This document shows, one piece after another, positions 27,762 to 40,899 of a DNA stretch of 64,000 bases. Position numbers and translations under genes: made by a program. Each line of letters opens with the position of its first letter. Position 1 is the stretch's first letter. The DNA comes from Catajapyx aquilonaris (taxonomy: Eukaryota). The notes under the pieces are model-generated. The model saw only the letters and a program-made list of their open reading frames with translations, was not told the DNA's origin and did not search any database. Where the stretch lies: NCBI GenBank assembly GCA_000934665.2, contig KZ538111.1:1-64000 (forward strand). Direction: 5' to 3'.

Positions 27762-30700
27762 TACCGTTTGCCACGACTGAGTGGTGAAGAAGTAGCTACC
27801 TTACAAATACGAGTATTATTGAATGTTCTTATGAAGTCCTAGGCCCTAGGTCAGCTTTCATGACCCTGCAGTCATTCAGGATCGTAGGTTCATGAACCTA
27901 TATAATACACAGGTTGCCCCCAGCGTGTTAGAGTAGCCGATTGTGTCATGACTAAATACAACTCCTAGCCTCCCCTAGGTCCGACACCGGACACACTCGC
28001 ATCCACGCCATCCCTCTGCAAAACTGCCAACCTATGGCTGTCACATACATGAATAATATAGGTTGTATCAAATTTGACAGTAACTAGCTCATGCTAACTG
28101 CTAAATAAAAAGCAGTTTAATGGACTAACCACGATAAATTGTTTTACATGCTAATTTTCAGGCGGAATCATCACCGTGTCGGCCGGAATTTCCGGCTGAG
28201 AACGAACATCCCAGGAAAAAAATGAGATCCTGGCTAATTGTCTTAATTTTTGGTGAAGGCAGAGGCCCCCGAGTGAAATCCCCCTGAATAGTATGTTTGT
28301 TTCTGCGCGCCAAATGAAAGCGACATGCTCACCCAGGCGGCTAATTACAGTAAAAAGAAGCGATTCGTGACGTCAAAGTCCCCACACGTCACCGTGGAGG
28401 CGGAACGAGAGACAGGCTGCCAGCTGCAGCACGCGTTTTCCTATTTCACAGTCGAGTTGCTAGATGGAGCCACGACTGATTTGTGTTCCCCGTAGCCCAA
28501 TTACGCTAGGAGAATTGTTTTTTGGGGGGAATGGGAGGGGGGTATTTGCAAGAGGAAGAAGTAGTACGTGAGGAGTAAATCTATTTATTTGGCCACATGA
28601 AAATTATTGCGCTCTAGGACAGAAAATCAGGCTGGCCAATCACATCCTTGTCGCATTCATCTTGTGCAAAGAGAGGATCCCGTCTTCAGGGGAGATTTAG
28701 GGATAGGATTAATAGTTTCGCATCTGTTACACTAGTTGTGTGTGGCTGCCAGGGGTTTTGGTTCAGCAGCTGGGTTGAAGTCGATTTTGCGGGCGAATGT
28801 TTCGAATTTACGCAGTGTAGCGACGATTTGCAGGGTGTTTATGTCAGGGGTTCGTCGCTTATCACGTTGCGCCGTTTGTATCTGTGGTGGCATAACGGAT
28901 TTGGAAAGCTGCAGCGTGTACTGCCGTACTTGATGATCATTTTGGGGCAATATATGCAGTATGCTGAGCATAAAAATGCAGGCGATTTCGTCATGATTCA
29001 GACACGCATATTAAACATGTAGGACACTAATTTTTCCATAATTTGGCTCAAAGTTTTATGATACATCATTTCATTATAATTATTTTTGGGGTGCTTTCTC
29101 TATGTCAAATGTGCTGGGTTGGTTATTGGTGGAATCCTCAGCATGTGCAGTATAATATTTTTGGCACTGTTTTCCCTCGTGATGCATTTCCCGCATACCT
29201 GCGTCCATCATTTCAATATGGCCAATGGATGGGCTGATGTACGCAAATGAACTCCCCATGCATACATTGCCAGTTATTTTTGATACGAATCACAAACGCT
29301 GGGAATAACTGAATTTGGGCGAAAACTGCGGCCATTATTCTGCGTTTCACATTTATATCAATAAATTTTGGGGTTTAATTAATATAATTATTGTTTCAGA
29401 ACTGGAAATTGCTTTTGAGCAATTTTCAGCGTGGGACTTCATTAGTTACATTATGTAGTTTTCAATACGATTGATTGTATTTTTTTGCATGGTGTCTAGT
29501 GTGACGTGTGGTTTAAAGGCACTTGTAATGTTTCCATAGTGGTTACAAATCACTGATCAATTGAAATTATAAATACATAGGTAAACTTTAGCCCAGCTAC
29601 AATTTTTAAAGTAGCTTACAGTATGTATAAAATTTGCATCTCAATAAAAAGGCTGTACAGTACCCCTGGTGGCAAAGATAATAAAACTTTGCAAGTAAAT
29701 GTAATTGAAGCAGATTTCCACATCTGCATATAATACAGTAGTGAAAAGTTTAACCAATGGCGATGCTGCAGCCAGTAATCCTCGTTTACGGCAATAGTTG
29801 AGCTCCCTACCATGAAAAAACCCAGCTTTTGTTTCAGTTTGGAAGTAATTTTGATAATGTTTCCCGCATTTAGAGCAATGTTGCAGTACAGTTATTGCCA
29901 CATATACCCAATTTAAAATCGGCAACACCGCTTCCTGCACAACCTATCCCTTCACTCCATTCCCCCCAAAATTCCCAGAGCTGGTCGTCCAATCAGAAAG
30001 CTTCCAACCGTTACCCAACCCCTCCACCCCCACCCTTTTACCCATCGTCTCCCCTCCATCCCCCCATACCCCTTTTCCATAGCCCAAAATCCTCCCTCAC
30101 CCCCTCCACCCTTTACTCCTTTGCAGATCCTTTATGGTCCAATGAGCTGCAGCCATTGTTCCTCATCACTCGAGAGTACTTTCAGTTGAGAATAACAAGT
30201 GTGTGGCAATCTATGTGTAAAACATCAATGATTTTGGGAGTGATTTTCGCAATTTCATTTGTTTTTTAAAGCAATTGATGTACTGTAATTCTGTAGTTTT
30301 TTTGATGAACTTGATGAACACCCTGGCGAAACTACTTGGATGGACTGGTCCTGACTTTAAATTTGCACCAATCTGGCCCAGATCAGATTAGGGGAAAAAA
30401 CAGAGACTAATGGGGTGGCCTTCTGGAACAGAAAGCCGTGGGCAAAGGAATTGAGTTGTCGCCGGAGCAAGTGAGCCAGGATAATTCCTTCGGGTAATGG
30501 GGTTGTGATAGTTCGCCGGTAGTTCCTTTTGCCCCGCCCTTAAGAAAACGAAGAAGAAAAAATATATACACGCCGTTGCCAATTGGCATGCAACCCTTTG
30601 CTGTGCTAGAGATTCTATCTGACGCCTCTAGCACGGAAGGGTCGGAAATGCGTGATTTGGCGGTAACCCTGCCCGGGATTTCAATGTTAGAATAAGACTT

Positions 30701-30891
30701 GTTGAAAAACCTACTGCCTTCACTTTATTCATTAACAAAGTTCAACCATGGTGTCAATTTTTTAAAATGATTCTGAACAATAACCGAAAAACTTGTACTT
30801 CATCTGCTAGGACGCTAGGTGGTGCAATTGCAGTCACACCATCTAGCGAGCCATCATCGAACCCCCGTGTGCTGGAAATTAATTCCATCAT

Positions 30892-31255
30892 GGTCTTAGA
30901 ATACTAAGGTCTGGACACTCCCTCTTATCGCCTGCCGGGGTGTTTTGCATGAGGTGCTCACTTGAGAGCGCCTAGAGACCGCTTTTCACTACTGTATTAT
31001 GTGGCGACCCTACCGGACTACGCTGAACTAAGGTAGAAGGGAAGCCGCTACATGCGGGCCCAAAACATGGCTGCCGGCGACCATGTTCGGTACCCCAAAT
31101 GTAGCCCTTTTGTACCTATAAAGTTCAGCGTAGTCCGGTAGGGTCGCCACATTATACAGTAGTGAAAGGTCTCATGGCGCTCTCAGGTGAGCACCTCATG
31201 CAAAACGGCCCGGCAGACGATAAGATAAGTTTGTATGGGTAGTGTCCGGGGGCTG
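30892..31255. mobile_element. Long foldback element apparently inserted in MITE A copy 6
   Basis: ~150-bp inverted arms (core 30923-31225, e.g. ATGTGGCGACCCTACCGGACTACGCTGAACT / AGTTCAGCGTAGTCCGGTAGGGTCGCCACAT). Flanked by AATTCCATCAT and AATTCCGTCAT. Confidence 0.8.
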
Positions 31256-31484
31256 AATTCCGTCATACTGCTAGCGACATTTTCCGATGCGGCAGACGTG
31301 CACATCGAAGCCGTGGGAGTAAGAAATGGTACCCCTTGCGTAACGTCACTGGCTGGGAACAAGCATGTTCTCCATTGCCCCCCAGCCGGTGACGTCACTT
31401 AAGGCCTACCTCCTCTTACTTCGATTTGCACTTCAAACGCATCATAAAATGTAGTATGACGCGATCAGTTTATGTCCAACACTG
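31256..31484. mobile_element. MITE family A copy 6 (reverse orientation; left tip displaced to ~30869-30891)
   Basis: AATTCCGTCATACTGCTAGCGACATTTTCCGATGCGGCAG ... ATGTCCAACACTG|TA. Confidence 0.9.
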
Positions 31485-31872
31485 TACCCTAACTGGTTCT
31501 GGCAACCGGTACTGGATTCCTGACGAGTGCTAAGATGCCTGCGAATAATTGGGACGCGTCTTGTCGCGGCGGTGCATTACTCAAGTTGACTTGTGTCCAC
31601 TCAGTCGAGTATGCAAGCTTCGGAACAAGGCAGCTAATTCGTGCCGAGCTTCACGCCGAGGAAAATTAACGGCAGGAATCTTTGATGCGGTCAGTTCTCG
31701 CTTCAGAGCTTGGCTTGTCTTTAGGAGGAGATCAAAGAGGCCTTTTTGCTTGGCGTCTAAGTGGCCTATGTGAGGCGTTTTAAAAGGGGAGGTAGCCGAG
31801 GAGAAACATATTTTTCAGGAGGTTTATGAGCAGATCCGGAGTTCCAGGTTGGCAAAGTACCTGCTTTGTATA

Positions 31873-32105
31873 CAATGTTGGACATTAATCGCGTCGTACT
31901 TCTAGCGACATTTTTCTATGCGGCAGAAGTGCAAATCGAAGTGATAGAGTGTGAGCCGTGCGAATCAAAAGAGATAGGCCTTCGGTGACGTTACCCAAGG
32001 CCTACCTCTCTGATTCGCACGGCTCGCACTCTATCACTTCGATTTGCACGTCTGCCGCATCAAAAAATGTCGCTAGCAGTACGACGCGATTAATGTCCAA
32101 CACTG
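31873..32105. mobile_element. MITE family A copy 7 (spacerless, whole-element palindrome)
   Basis: TA|CAATGTTGGACATTAATCGCG ... CGCGATTAATGTCCAACACTG|TA; the arms meet at GTGACGTTAC. Confidence 0.93.
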
Positions 32106-33536
32106 TACTAGTAATGTGTACATAGCAATTTATTTTTTATGAAAGAATTACACGAAATCAGCCTACTTTCTCAGAGCCACCTTATTTTCAGAAGTACCTG
32201 GTTTTATCTCACACGATTCATCTGGTTGCGTGAGTGGAGCTTGATTGTGGGGTAAGGTTGCGAAGGAGCCAATAAACTGGCTTTCTTTCTTGGCCATCTT
32301 GACCCAGGTCGCCGTCGCCATGGTCACACTAATTAAACGGAGTCCACATATCTTTTATTACGTAGGAGTCGCCTGAGAAGTACGTGTAAGTCATGGACGA
32401 TAGGGGTGATAAGTGTGAGAGGAACGTCGGCGATTGTTAGTAGAAATAGCTGTTTGAAAGTGAGATATTGGGGGCGAATAAGTGTAGGTCAAGCTGTTCG
32501 AGCAGGCAAATATTTTTGAAACACTCTGTATTTTTGCGATTTTATCAGCACGCACAGGTAAGACACGCGAATTATTCACTATCGAAAATTTTCTTTCCAA
32601 AAAGTGAAAGCTCCTATATGATAAAATGCCGGCATGCAACTGTTTAACTGGCACGTTTTAAATTGAATTTTAGTGAAAGTGACCGATGCATTTTTAGTAT
32701 AACATCTTCACGCTGACCTTTTGTTGCGGCGGTCAATAAATTTGCAGCGTAACATTGTTACCCGTGTTTTAGTAATTAGAGCCGCATTGTCAACAGTTTT
32801 TGGCAAAATACCTGGACCAGAATGGACTGCTAATGGAACAGTAATGCGACTAATGTGTTACAAGGTTGGGGTCAGGATACCATGCAAAGGGTAATGGGGA
32901 TTTTAATAAGGTAGACTGCAAAATCTGGAAACATTATTGACATTAGGCGGTAATTGTATTTATCTCCTGAGCTGTATTTGCTAAAGGTTAGGTGAATTTG
33001 TCATCTGTCCAGTACCTAGCGATGCCAGCGACATACGATGGATGAGAGTGTAGAAATGTCACCACTTTTTAAAACCCCTCCGAACACGTGACGTCGCAAT
33101 TATAGCGTTACAATGGGGCATACGCATATGTTTCTGGCGGAATTAGCCTAGTCAGCAAATGAGAGCGGGCTGTTTAGACAATTTGAATTCCGCGGTGCCC
33201 AACTGATAGATAATTTAGTCGGAAAAAGGCGCGTGTCCCACATTCCCATGACATTGCACAGTCGATAAGGCCGTACTATTGCAGTTGTACTCTATTAAGT
33301 GCAATCCGTTTTATGGGTTTCGGGGCAAATGAATTTTCCAAGGGCAGTACCACATGTCTCGTAACTTTCTTTCCAAATTTACGAGCCAGGGGGTCCCAGA
33401 ATGTGGAATTTTTGCTTCGGGGAAATTTACTGCTACAATTACCGCCCGACAAAATACTGCGTTAGGGAAAAATTATACAGCCAATTTTTTTAGAGGGCAG
33501 CTTCGAATCTGGATGCCAGAGGGCAGGCGATGGCGG

Positions 33537-33811
33537 TATCACCCCCATTTCGCCGCCGTGCATTGTGCCGTTTCCCATTTCGCCGCCTTCGCCTTCACTA
33601 TTCGCCGCCTGCGAAACTGGTACACGAAGACGCATCCATTCTCTAAAATGCAATGATTGGTGTGGGGCCGTGACGGGGGCAAACCCCTGTATCCGCTGAC
33701 GATATGGCTGTATCCGCAAGGAAGAAAGGTTAGGTTATGTTGGTACAGCGTACCCCTGCCACAATCGGTCTTCCTATATGTAAGCGGCGAAAGGCGGCGG
33801 TATGGGGTATA
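33537..33811. mobile_element. Degenerate TIR element with AGGTTAGGTT core
   Basis: CCCCATTTCGCCGCC repeats on the left and GGCGAAAGGCGGCGGTATGGGG on the right. The core is shared with 1540-1710. Confidence 0.55.
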
Positions 33812-36800
33812 TTCGGCGATGACAGCTTCTGGAACACACGGTAGCAATTACTCCGGAGCAGTAATGTCCGTAACAGACTCACACAGAAAAAAGTTTTAAT
33901 GGGACAGAAAGAGTCCAGGTCGATTTTTTTTTCTTCTTATTGCCCCAATCTCGGACCCCGTATTGAATTATATCGTGCTGATTGTCCTACCAGTACAGTG
34001 CAGATAATTACGCCGGGTACTCACGCTCCCCGGATAGGTGTTGTAAGTGTCCGAATTTTTCCGTGGAAAAAGTCTAAACATTTGATTTCAGCACGAAGGT
34101 GACCTGCGGTAAAGTTGTCCTTGGGTTCATCCTGGTTGTTAGCTGACCCTTCCGTCTGGGTTGTACAACTGGTTGTGAGCAATCAGGCTCGGGCCAAGAT
34201 TGCGCATGTAATTCCGAATGATAGCACGTAATCCGGTGTGTGTGCACTGAAACCTATTTAGATACATTGAGTGTAGCAAGTGCTGTTTCTACAGGTCTCC
34301 TAAGACCCTTTATCCCTAGGACGCCGGCCACACCTCAGCCAATGGGTCCATCGGTGCCCAAAACCGTCCCTATAGGAGGGGTCCTAGGTCGCAAACAGGG
34401 CTCATTCCTGCCAGGTCTTTACGATTGCAGTGGGATTACGCCGAATTGTGTTTGGCCGAATTGGTGTTGTGAGCTGGATTGTGCTAGAGTATGATTGGAA
34501 GTGTAGATATATGGGTACTTTCTGATATGCACTGGTGTTGCTTAATGTGCTAGCTCGGGCGTATGTGTATGCATTGGGTGGTGTGTAAATTCGGCGAAAT
34601 GTCATTGGGTGAAATGGATGGGGGAGCTTATATGGCTTCCCTTTTACCTCTACTTCCCATCCAACGACGCCAAGCTGCAGAGTCCCCATCTCCACCACTG
34701 TCCAGGGGCTCGTTCTAAGCCTTACAAACTTCCAGTCCTGCGTCTTTTCTTGCCAGAAGAGGAAAAAATGCAGCACCTTGGTGCCGCTCGACCCCAATTT
34801 TAGCCAGTAATAATGTTTTTTTTTTTTTGGAGTGTGGAAGTAACATTGCGGCTTGCGTAGGGGGGAAAATATTGTAACGTAAGCTTTCAAAATGTCACCT
34901 TCAGTGTATGAGAAAATTCTGTAGGGGTCATTTCCGCATGCAAAATTACATGGTGTAGTTTGTGGGAAAAGCGATTTTTTTTTTTTTAGAAAATATTTTG
35001 CTGGCTATACCAGTGCTGGCGATTTTTTTCATTTCGTGTTCCCCACACCTATCCGGACTTTAAAAAGTAAATCCGGATAATCAAGATTTTACTGCAGTTT
35101 CAAACCCCGCGATTTCTAATGGTAGGGCAGCACGTTGGGGATGATTGGTTTTATGCGGGTATTTCATACTGGGTTTTATAGTAATTTCTGCGCCGTACAC
35201 TTCCGATCATATTATGTGCAGTATTTACAGCCCTTGAATAGCCCTCTTTTCACGCATCAAACGGCCGAATTCACACTTCTGTACCATAGTAAATCGATAC
35301 TAGAGAAAAAAAAAGAGTGGGAGTTACCAGTTATGTTGGCCAGTGTAATCAGCTGCCCCGAGTGATTAATGATATTACTATATATGTTTTATCGGTCGCC
35401 TCCCGAAAATGGATAGTTTTCAGACAACACTAGTTTCTATAGGTTGCGAATAATCCTCTCTTGCCCGCTTTTCCTTCCTCAGGCTGAAAAAGGGCCATTT
35501 CCAGCACTGCCATCAAGCTCCGCCAGCCATAGTAGCGGAAAATCCTCTGATTTACGCTTTTGCAGCCTGCTGCCCCTGCCAACCCTCTTTTCTCTCTTAT
35601 AACTTCAGAGGATAGCCAGTAGTAGCTACACTGTAGCACCGGGTGATTCGAAACTTGATGTTTAAAAAAAANAATCGGGAGGGGGGTCGCTGATAAACCT
35701 AGTAATCGGGAGGAGGGTCGCTATCGTCGCTATAGTTGTTATGGCGAATGAACGACACGCACAGCGAGATTCCATTGTTTTACTAGCGCCGCTGCGGGGA
35801 GGAATAACGGATCGGCCTTTTCTATTGCGCTGGGATAGAAGTGTCCATGGGCTGGTTATGGCAGTTTTTGAGCCTTTTGACGGGCTAATTAGAGGCTGGG
35901 AGTAGTAAAGAGATTAATGCCAAAACAAGTGCTTTGGGGAATTATAGCGCGTGGATGGCAGTATAGGCTATATGTCGGTTAAGAATATTGTGGTCACCTC
36001 CGGGGCTGTCTCACGACTGGATACAATCAAGCCTCCGTCCGCCACCGGCAACGCCATCTCTTGGGAAAACTCACAAATGAATTCGGATTCAGGGCAAGAC
36101 GTCTCCATACTTGCTGCCAAAAAAAAATTGGGACCACATATATCATAAGTTCGTTATCTGCACCGGCGTTGAATTCAGAGATGCGTCATTTTGCACTTGC
36201 ATCAAATTGGAATCCTGGGCGTGTGGCAGCGCTAATCAGCATTGGCCTGCGGGGCACACAAGGTGCGAGTAAAAACGGAACAAAATGAATCGCCAGCACT
36301 TGTACCGACTTGCCTGCTGGCTACGTCCGCTGGCCATTACAATGCCCCCGCAATACTGTACGTGCCACACCTATAGGCCCAAAGTGTGATTGCCACGCTC
36401 CTAATGGCACCTGGGTTTTGGATGCCCAAATTACATGGAGGCTAAATATGAAAGGGGGTGATCAATGTACGCAATCACCCCCTTTTTTGGGGATAGCAAT
36501 TGCTGAGGAGGTAACTAGCTTTATTTTTTTCTAACATGATGTACTATAGTAGCCTGGGCTCAAATTATTATTTTGGCCACTGTTGAAGCAACCCTTGACA
36601 CTTATATTCCTGACCGTGGGGCATGTGCGAATGGTTGCTTCAAGACTATAGGACAAAGTGGCCAAAAGAATTTGAGCCCCATAGTACCAAACGAACAAAA
36701 GCTATTGTTTACCCCTCCCTGTACTGGCCAAGCCGGTTTAAAAATGCTGACCTAATTTTACAAAAACCGTATAAACAATCGGGCCGTTGAAAAACATGAC

Positions 36801-39621
36801 GTCACGAATCGTCATTGCGATGCATATATGGGCATTTCTTTTTTTTGAGGCCCCTCCTCTTGTAAAGCAGTGTTGCCAGATATACCCAGAGCACCAAGGC
36901 GCAGGTGTGAAGGGAAGCTGCAGACTGCTGGGCGCCGCGCCTGTGACGTCATTCCCAGAGGGGGACCTCCGGATGGGGGGCGGTTGGGGGGGGGGCAGGT
37001 GGGAGGAGGGGGAGGGGGGGTGGGGGGAGATGCCTGCATCCGAAAAGGTACAGGCATGGACCAAAATCACACTATTGTGTGCAAAAGGACCAGGCTAATT
37101 CGTCCCTGTTGCGGTTCAAGTGTGAGTAACTAGTAGAGATTGTTAATATTTGAGAGGGAGGTGGATGGGTATTTTTAAAGGGGAGTAAATGTGATAAATT
37201 TTAGACGGTCAATGTTGCCGCAACTGGCTTGGCGNCCCCCTCCACCTCTTTCCGCCTTTGCTGGAAATACGCTTCCAGATTTACAAGTCAGGAGTTAAAG
37301 AACGCACCCAGGCGGCCAAGGCAGTCAACTATAAAATTTAAATCAAATTTGGGGGATGTATATAGCCCCAAATGTACAATGGCAGCCAAAGGGTGGCTCA
37401 CAACCTTATGATCGCACGAATTAAATTTTTATTTATTTTAAAAATGAGCTGGTAGATATTATATGTAATTAGTTCTGTAAGTAGCCACTAGATGCGCCCT
37501 AGCAGCCTCCCCTTAATTTTTGTCTTCCTGCTTTCTGGGGCAGACAATCGTCAAGGTAGTGCAACGTGACTGAATTGACAAGCTGTTCAATTTATTTATT
37601 AGCTAATTACGCTCTTGGCTTCTCAAAGTTATCTTGCATGAAGGAGGAAGCCACGTAGGAACAGGAATCGTTCCCTTTTCTGCCAGCGAGGCGGTGCTTA
37701 ATAAATGGATTTGCTGATGAGGCAGAGGGTCTTATTTTAGGCTGGATGATTGACGCTCAATGGAGTAACTTTGCAGGCCTCCTGGGCACATTTTCAGGGT
37801 ACTGTTTAATTTCGAAAAGTTGGTCGTTAGCGGTTACAGTACACTATATAGGTAAGAAAATGGGGTTATGAGGATATAGCCTACTGCAATATCGGATGGC
37901 TTTTGTTTCCATAGAAGAAGAAAATTTGGGCACAGAAGTAATTCCAGAATTACAAAATGTCTAAAATGACATATTTCGTCCTGTACGAGGAGTATGATAA
38001 ATCATCGCCAGGAAAAGCATTGAAAATAAAACTATAAACATTGCCTTTTCAGACATTTTATTGAATAAATACAACGTAACCCTCTTATAAGTTATGCAGT
38101 TTTATTGATGCGCCAACAATTGGGCCATGATATGGCAATATTACCACGCAGATGATTGAATTCATATTGATATGCAGGCCTACAGGTTCCATCAGGCGCA
38201 TATTATTGCGAAAACCCGTTTTCCTTGCACCCTTTGAGTGCTGCTACTTCTTGTGCTTCCTTCAGTGGCACTCACAGGGTGTACAGATACAGTACAAATA
38301 AACGAGTGTCCACTATAATGTTGTGGGGCACTATATAGTCGACTCAGCTTTGACACCATTAAACGAACCAATCAATCAGTAAACAATTAAACAATAACCT
38401 GTTCAGCATAATAATTACAACAGAAATAATACACACACAGTTATTGTATAATTATACTGCATTAACAGACATATGCCGTACAGTATACGCAATGACTTCT
38501 TTTTATAAATGCTGTAACAATAATTGTCTCTAGATAACTCAGATTACTAGTATAGGCAATAAATGAGTCAAATGTACTTTCAATTAAATGTAAAAGTACT
38601 ACCCTACAAATATATGACTTATGTAAGCATGTTTATTGAATCTTTTCATTCAAGGAGACTGGCAATGTTTCGCCGTCGATGGTTTTCTCTGACACATTTC
38701 GCTGACGACGTCTTTTGAACATCCATAGGGTTTTATAGTTGCATTTTATCAATTCTACCTCAGTGGTTATTCACAGCGTATCAGGAAGCTTGTATAGTGT
38801 ACTTTTTATTCGTCCGTAGTTCATGTTGTTTTCATTGAGCCGCATCATGGAGGAAGTTCGTTTTCTGCTGGTGCAGAAATGCATCAATATCCCGAACCTT
38901 TTTTGTAACTGAACGATATGCCTAGTCATTTCTGCGACACTCACACAAATCTTGTCTTTTCTGTATGGACAGATAATGCAGGGCTTCATGGTCCTGTAAA
39001 TTGGTCGTAATCTGACATCTTTTGTATTCGGTGCCGCAGCAAGAAATGCCATTCATGACTGCTACTAACATTATCACTTTGTGGTCCAAGTAAATTAGAC
39101 CACATCTTCAACCGTTACAGTGTACTATACAGGCAGCTTCTAGTAGTACTCTGACGTTTGAAAGTGCTCATCTTATTACATAATATTACAGATGTTTGTC
39201 TTTCCTGTGGCTAAAACTGACAAAATATTGATCTTGATATTCCATAGTTTGCTTTACTATTACTCTGCAGCCTGCAGCAACGGACTGCTACTAACGTAAA
39301 TGGGTAAAACAAAGGAAAATAGACATACAGTAATTTAAAAAGTATATACGCAAGTGGTAAGATAAACAATATACAGTATACATGTATATTACAGAGTGGA
39401 GCAACTTGTTCCTGGGATGAACTATACAGTACTTCGTGTACTGTGACTTTGCCTGTGGCCTACCCTGTAGATAGGTGAAGCGACATATTAGATCTGCGCT
39501 TCTCAAATGCTTGGAAAATGAACTGAATTTAACTTTTAAGAGTATTTTACATTAGTCGGTAAGCTGCATTTTCCGTTGTAAACGAAAACATCATTTGTCT
39601 GGGCAAATTTTTTCACCTTTT

Positions 39622-39773
39622 CAATTGAAGAAGTGCATCCTGAAACCCGCTATTGGCATTTGGTTTAACGAGAGTGTATGTTCAGCCCCATGCAGGTGTC
39701 AGTTATACCTGCCGATAAAACCCTGCTTGAACCAAACACCGATAACGGGTTTTCTGACACACCTATTCAATTG
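39622..39773. mobile_element. Old degenerate foldback/MITE
   Basis: ~47-bp imperfect inverted arms CAATTGAA...GAAACCCG...TTTGGTTTAA / TTGAACCAAA...CGGGTTT...TTCAATTG. Confidence 0.6.
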
Positions 39774-40143
39774 TCACGTGGGGTTACGGGTGAGTAAAAG
39801 GTCCTAATTATGGTTTGTAATGTAGTTATATAATTTCGAGAGAAACAAAGGGAACAATAAGCAATTAACTCGTCAATGCTACGGTGAACCGGCCATGTTG
39901 AATACATGCAGTAATTGAGCCACCTTTGTTCCAAACAGAAGTACCTAGGAAGAGCCACAGGTCATTGTGAGGTACTTTCAGGAGTGTTTCGTGTACTGTA
40001 TTGCAGCAGTTTGGGGCAAAAAGTTCGGACTGGCGTCACATTTGTTGTCAACAATATTGTGACTGCTTAGTATTGACGACAATGGTTGTACGAAACTTTT
40101 TTGACTTGTAATGCACACAGTGCAGATCATTGCAATTCAACCA

Positions 40144-40308
40144 AATTCATGTACCGACTTGGAGATGGTATTTTGTGATCAACAAATACCGTCTAAGGTA
40201 CTGACTTCAGGCCATCGTTCAGTTGTACTGACTTGAAAACAGTGCATCACGATTCATGTACCGACAAAATACCACCTCCAAGTAGATAGATGAATCGGTA
40301 CATGAATT
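40144..40308. repeat. Complex inverted/direct repeat (decayed foldback)
   Basis: AATTCATGTACCGA / TCGGTACATGAATT; ACTTGGAGATGGTATTTTGT / ACAAAATACCACCTCCAAGT; internal direct copies of TTCATGTACCGAC and GTACTGACTT. Confidence 0.7.
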
Positions 40309-40899
40309 AGAGTGTGTTGACGCAACGTCCAACAATCAACAATATTGTTGCTGATTGTGACATCGCAATACTTGTTGTAAATTGCGACAGACTTGTCAGC
40401 GACAGTGCAGACATTCAATTTGAGGTATATTTTGTGTCGTGATGTTGTCCAACTTGTCTTCTGCACACCCGCCAACTAGTTACGACTATAAAAGCTAATC
40501 AAAATGAGACACAAATGTAGTACTGTCATCAGTCGCTCTGATGTCGTATCAGCACTGTCAAGAGTGTCAGTCGGCTTTGGCGCAATTGAATTATTCACGA
40601 ATATCCGATAGTGTCTCTGATAAGACAGGTCACAGTGTTGGTATGCCTGGTCCGTCCATGTTGGGGCCTGGTCGATCTGCGCGACCCACGGCGTCGACGT
40701 CGTCAACTACAGACCGGGGTCCTAGGGAGGTTGCCGGTGGTATAGGGTGGGGGTGGGGGAGGGTGGAAGCCACCTCTGGGTCGAGTCAATAATCCGGCGC
40801 GGAAGGATGATGGAGTCGGTCTGGGGACTTTCCACATACTCTTCCTCTCCAGGTAAAGTACATTTCACATCCGACCGGTGCCACATATGTGAGTGTCAG

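Noticed and set aside
22629..28290. Further possible exons (22629-23129 and 28162-28290; also a donor at 18961)
   Set aside because: Splice-like motifs only, with no coding signal or phase support; chance matches are common in 64 kb.
38771..39052. Minus-strand ORF with CIICPYRKDK, faintly like a piggyBac C-terminal Cys-rich domain
   Set aside because: Only one CxxC is in frame, and no catalytic-domain remnant or TTAA-flanked TIR was seen. A TBLASTN/HMM search would be needed.
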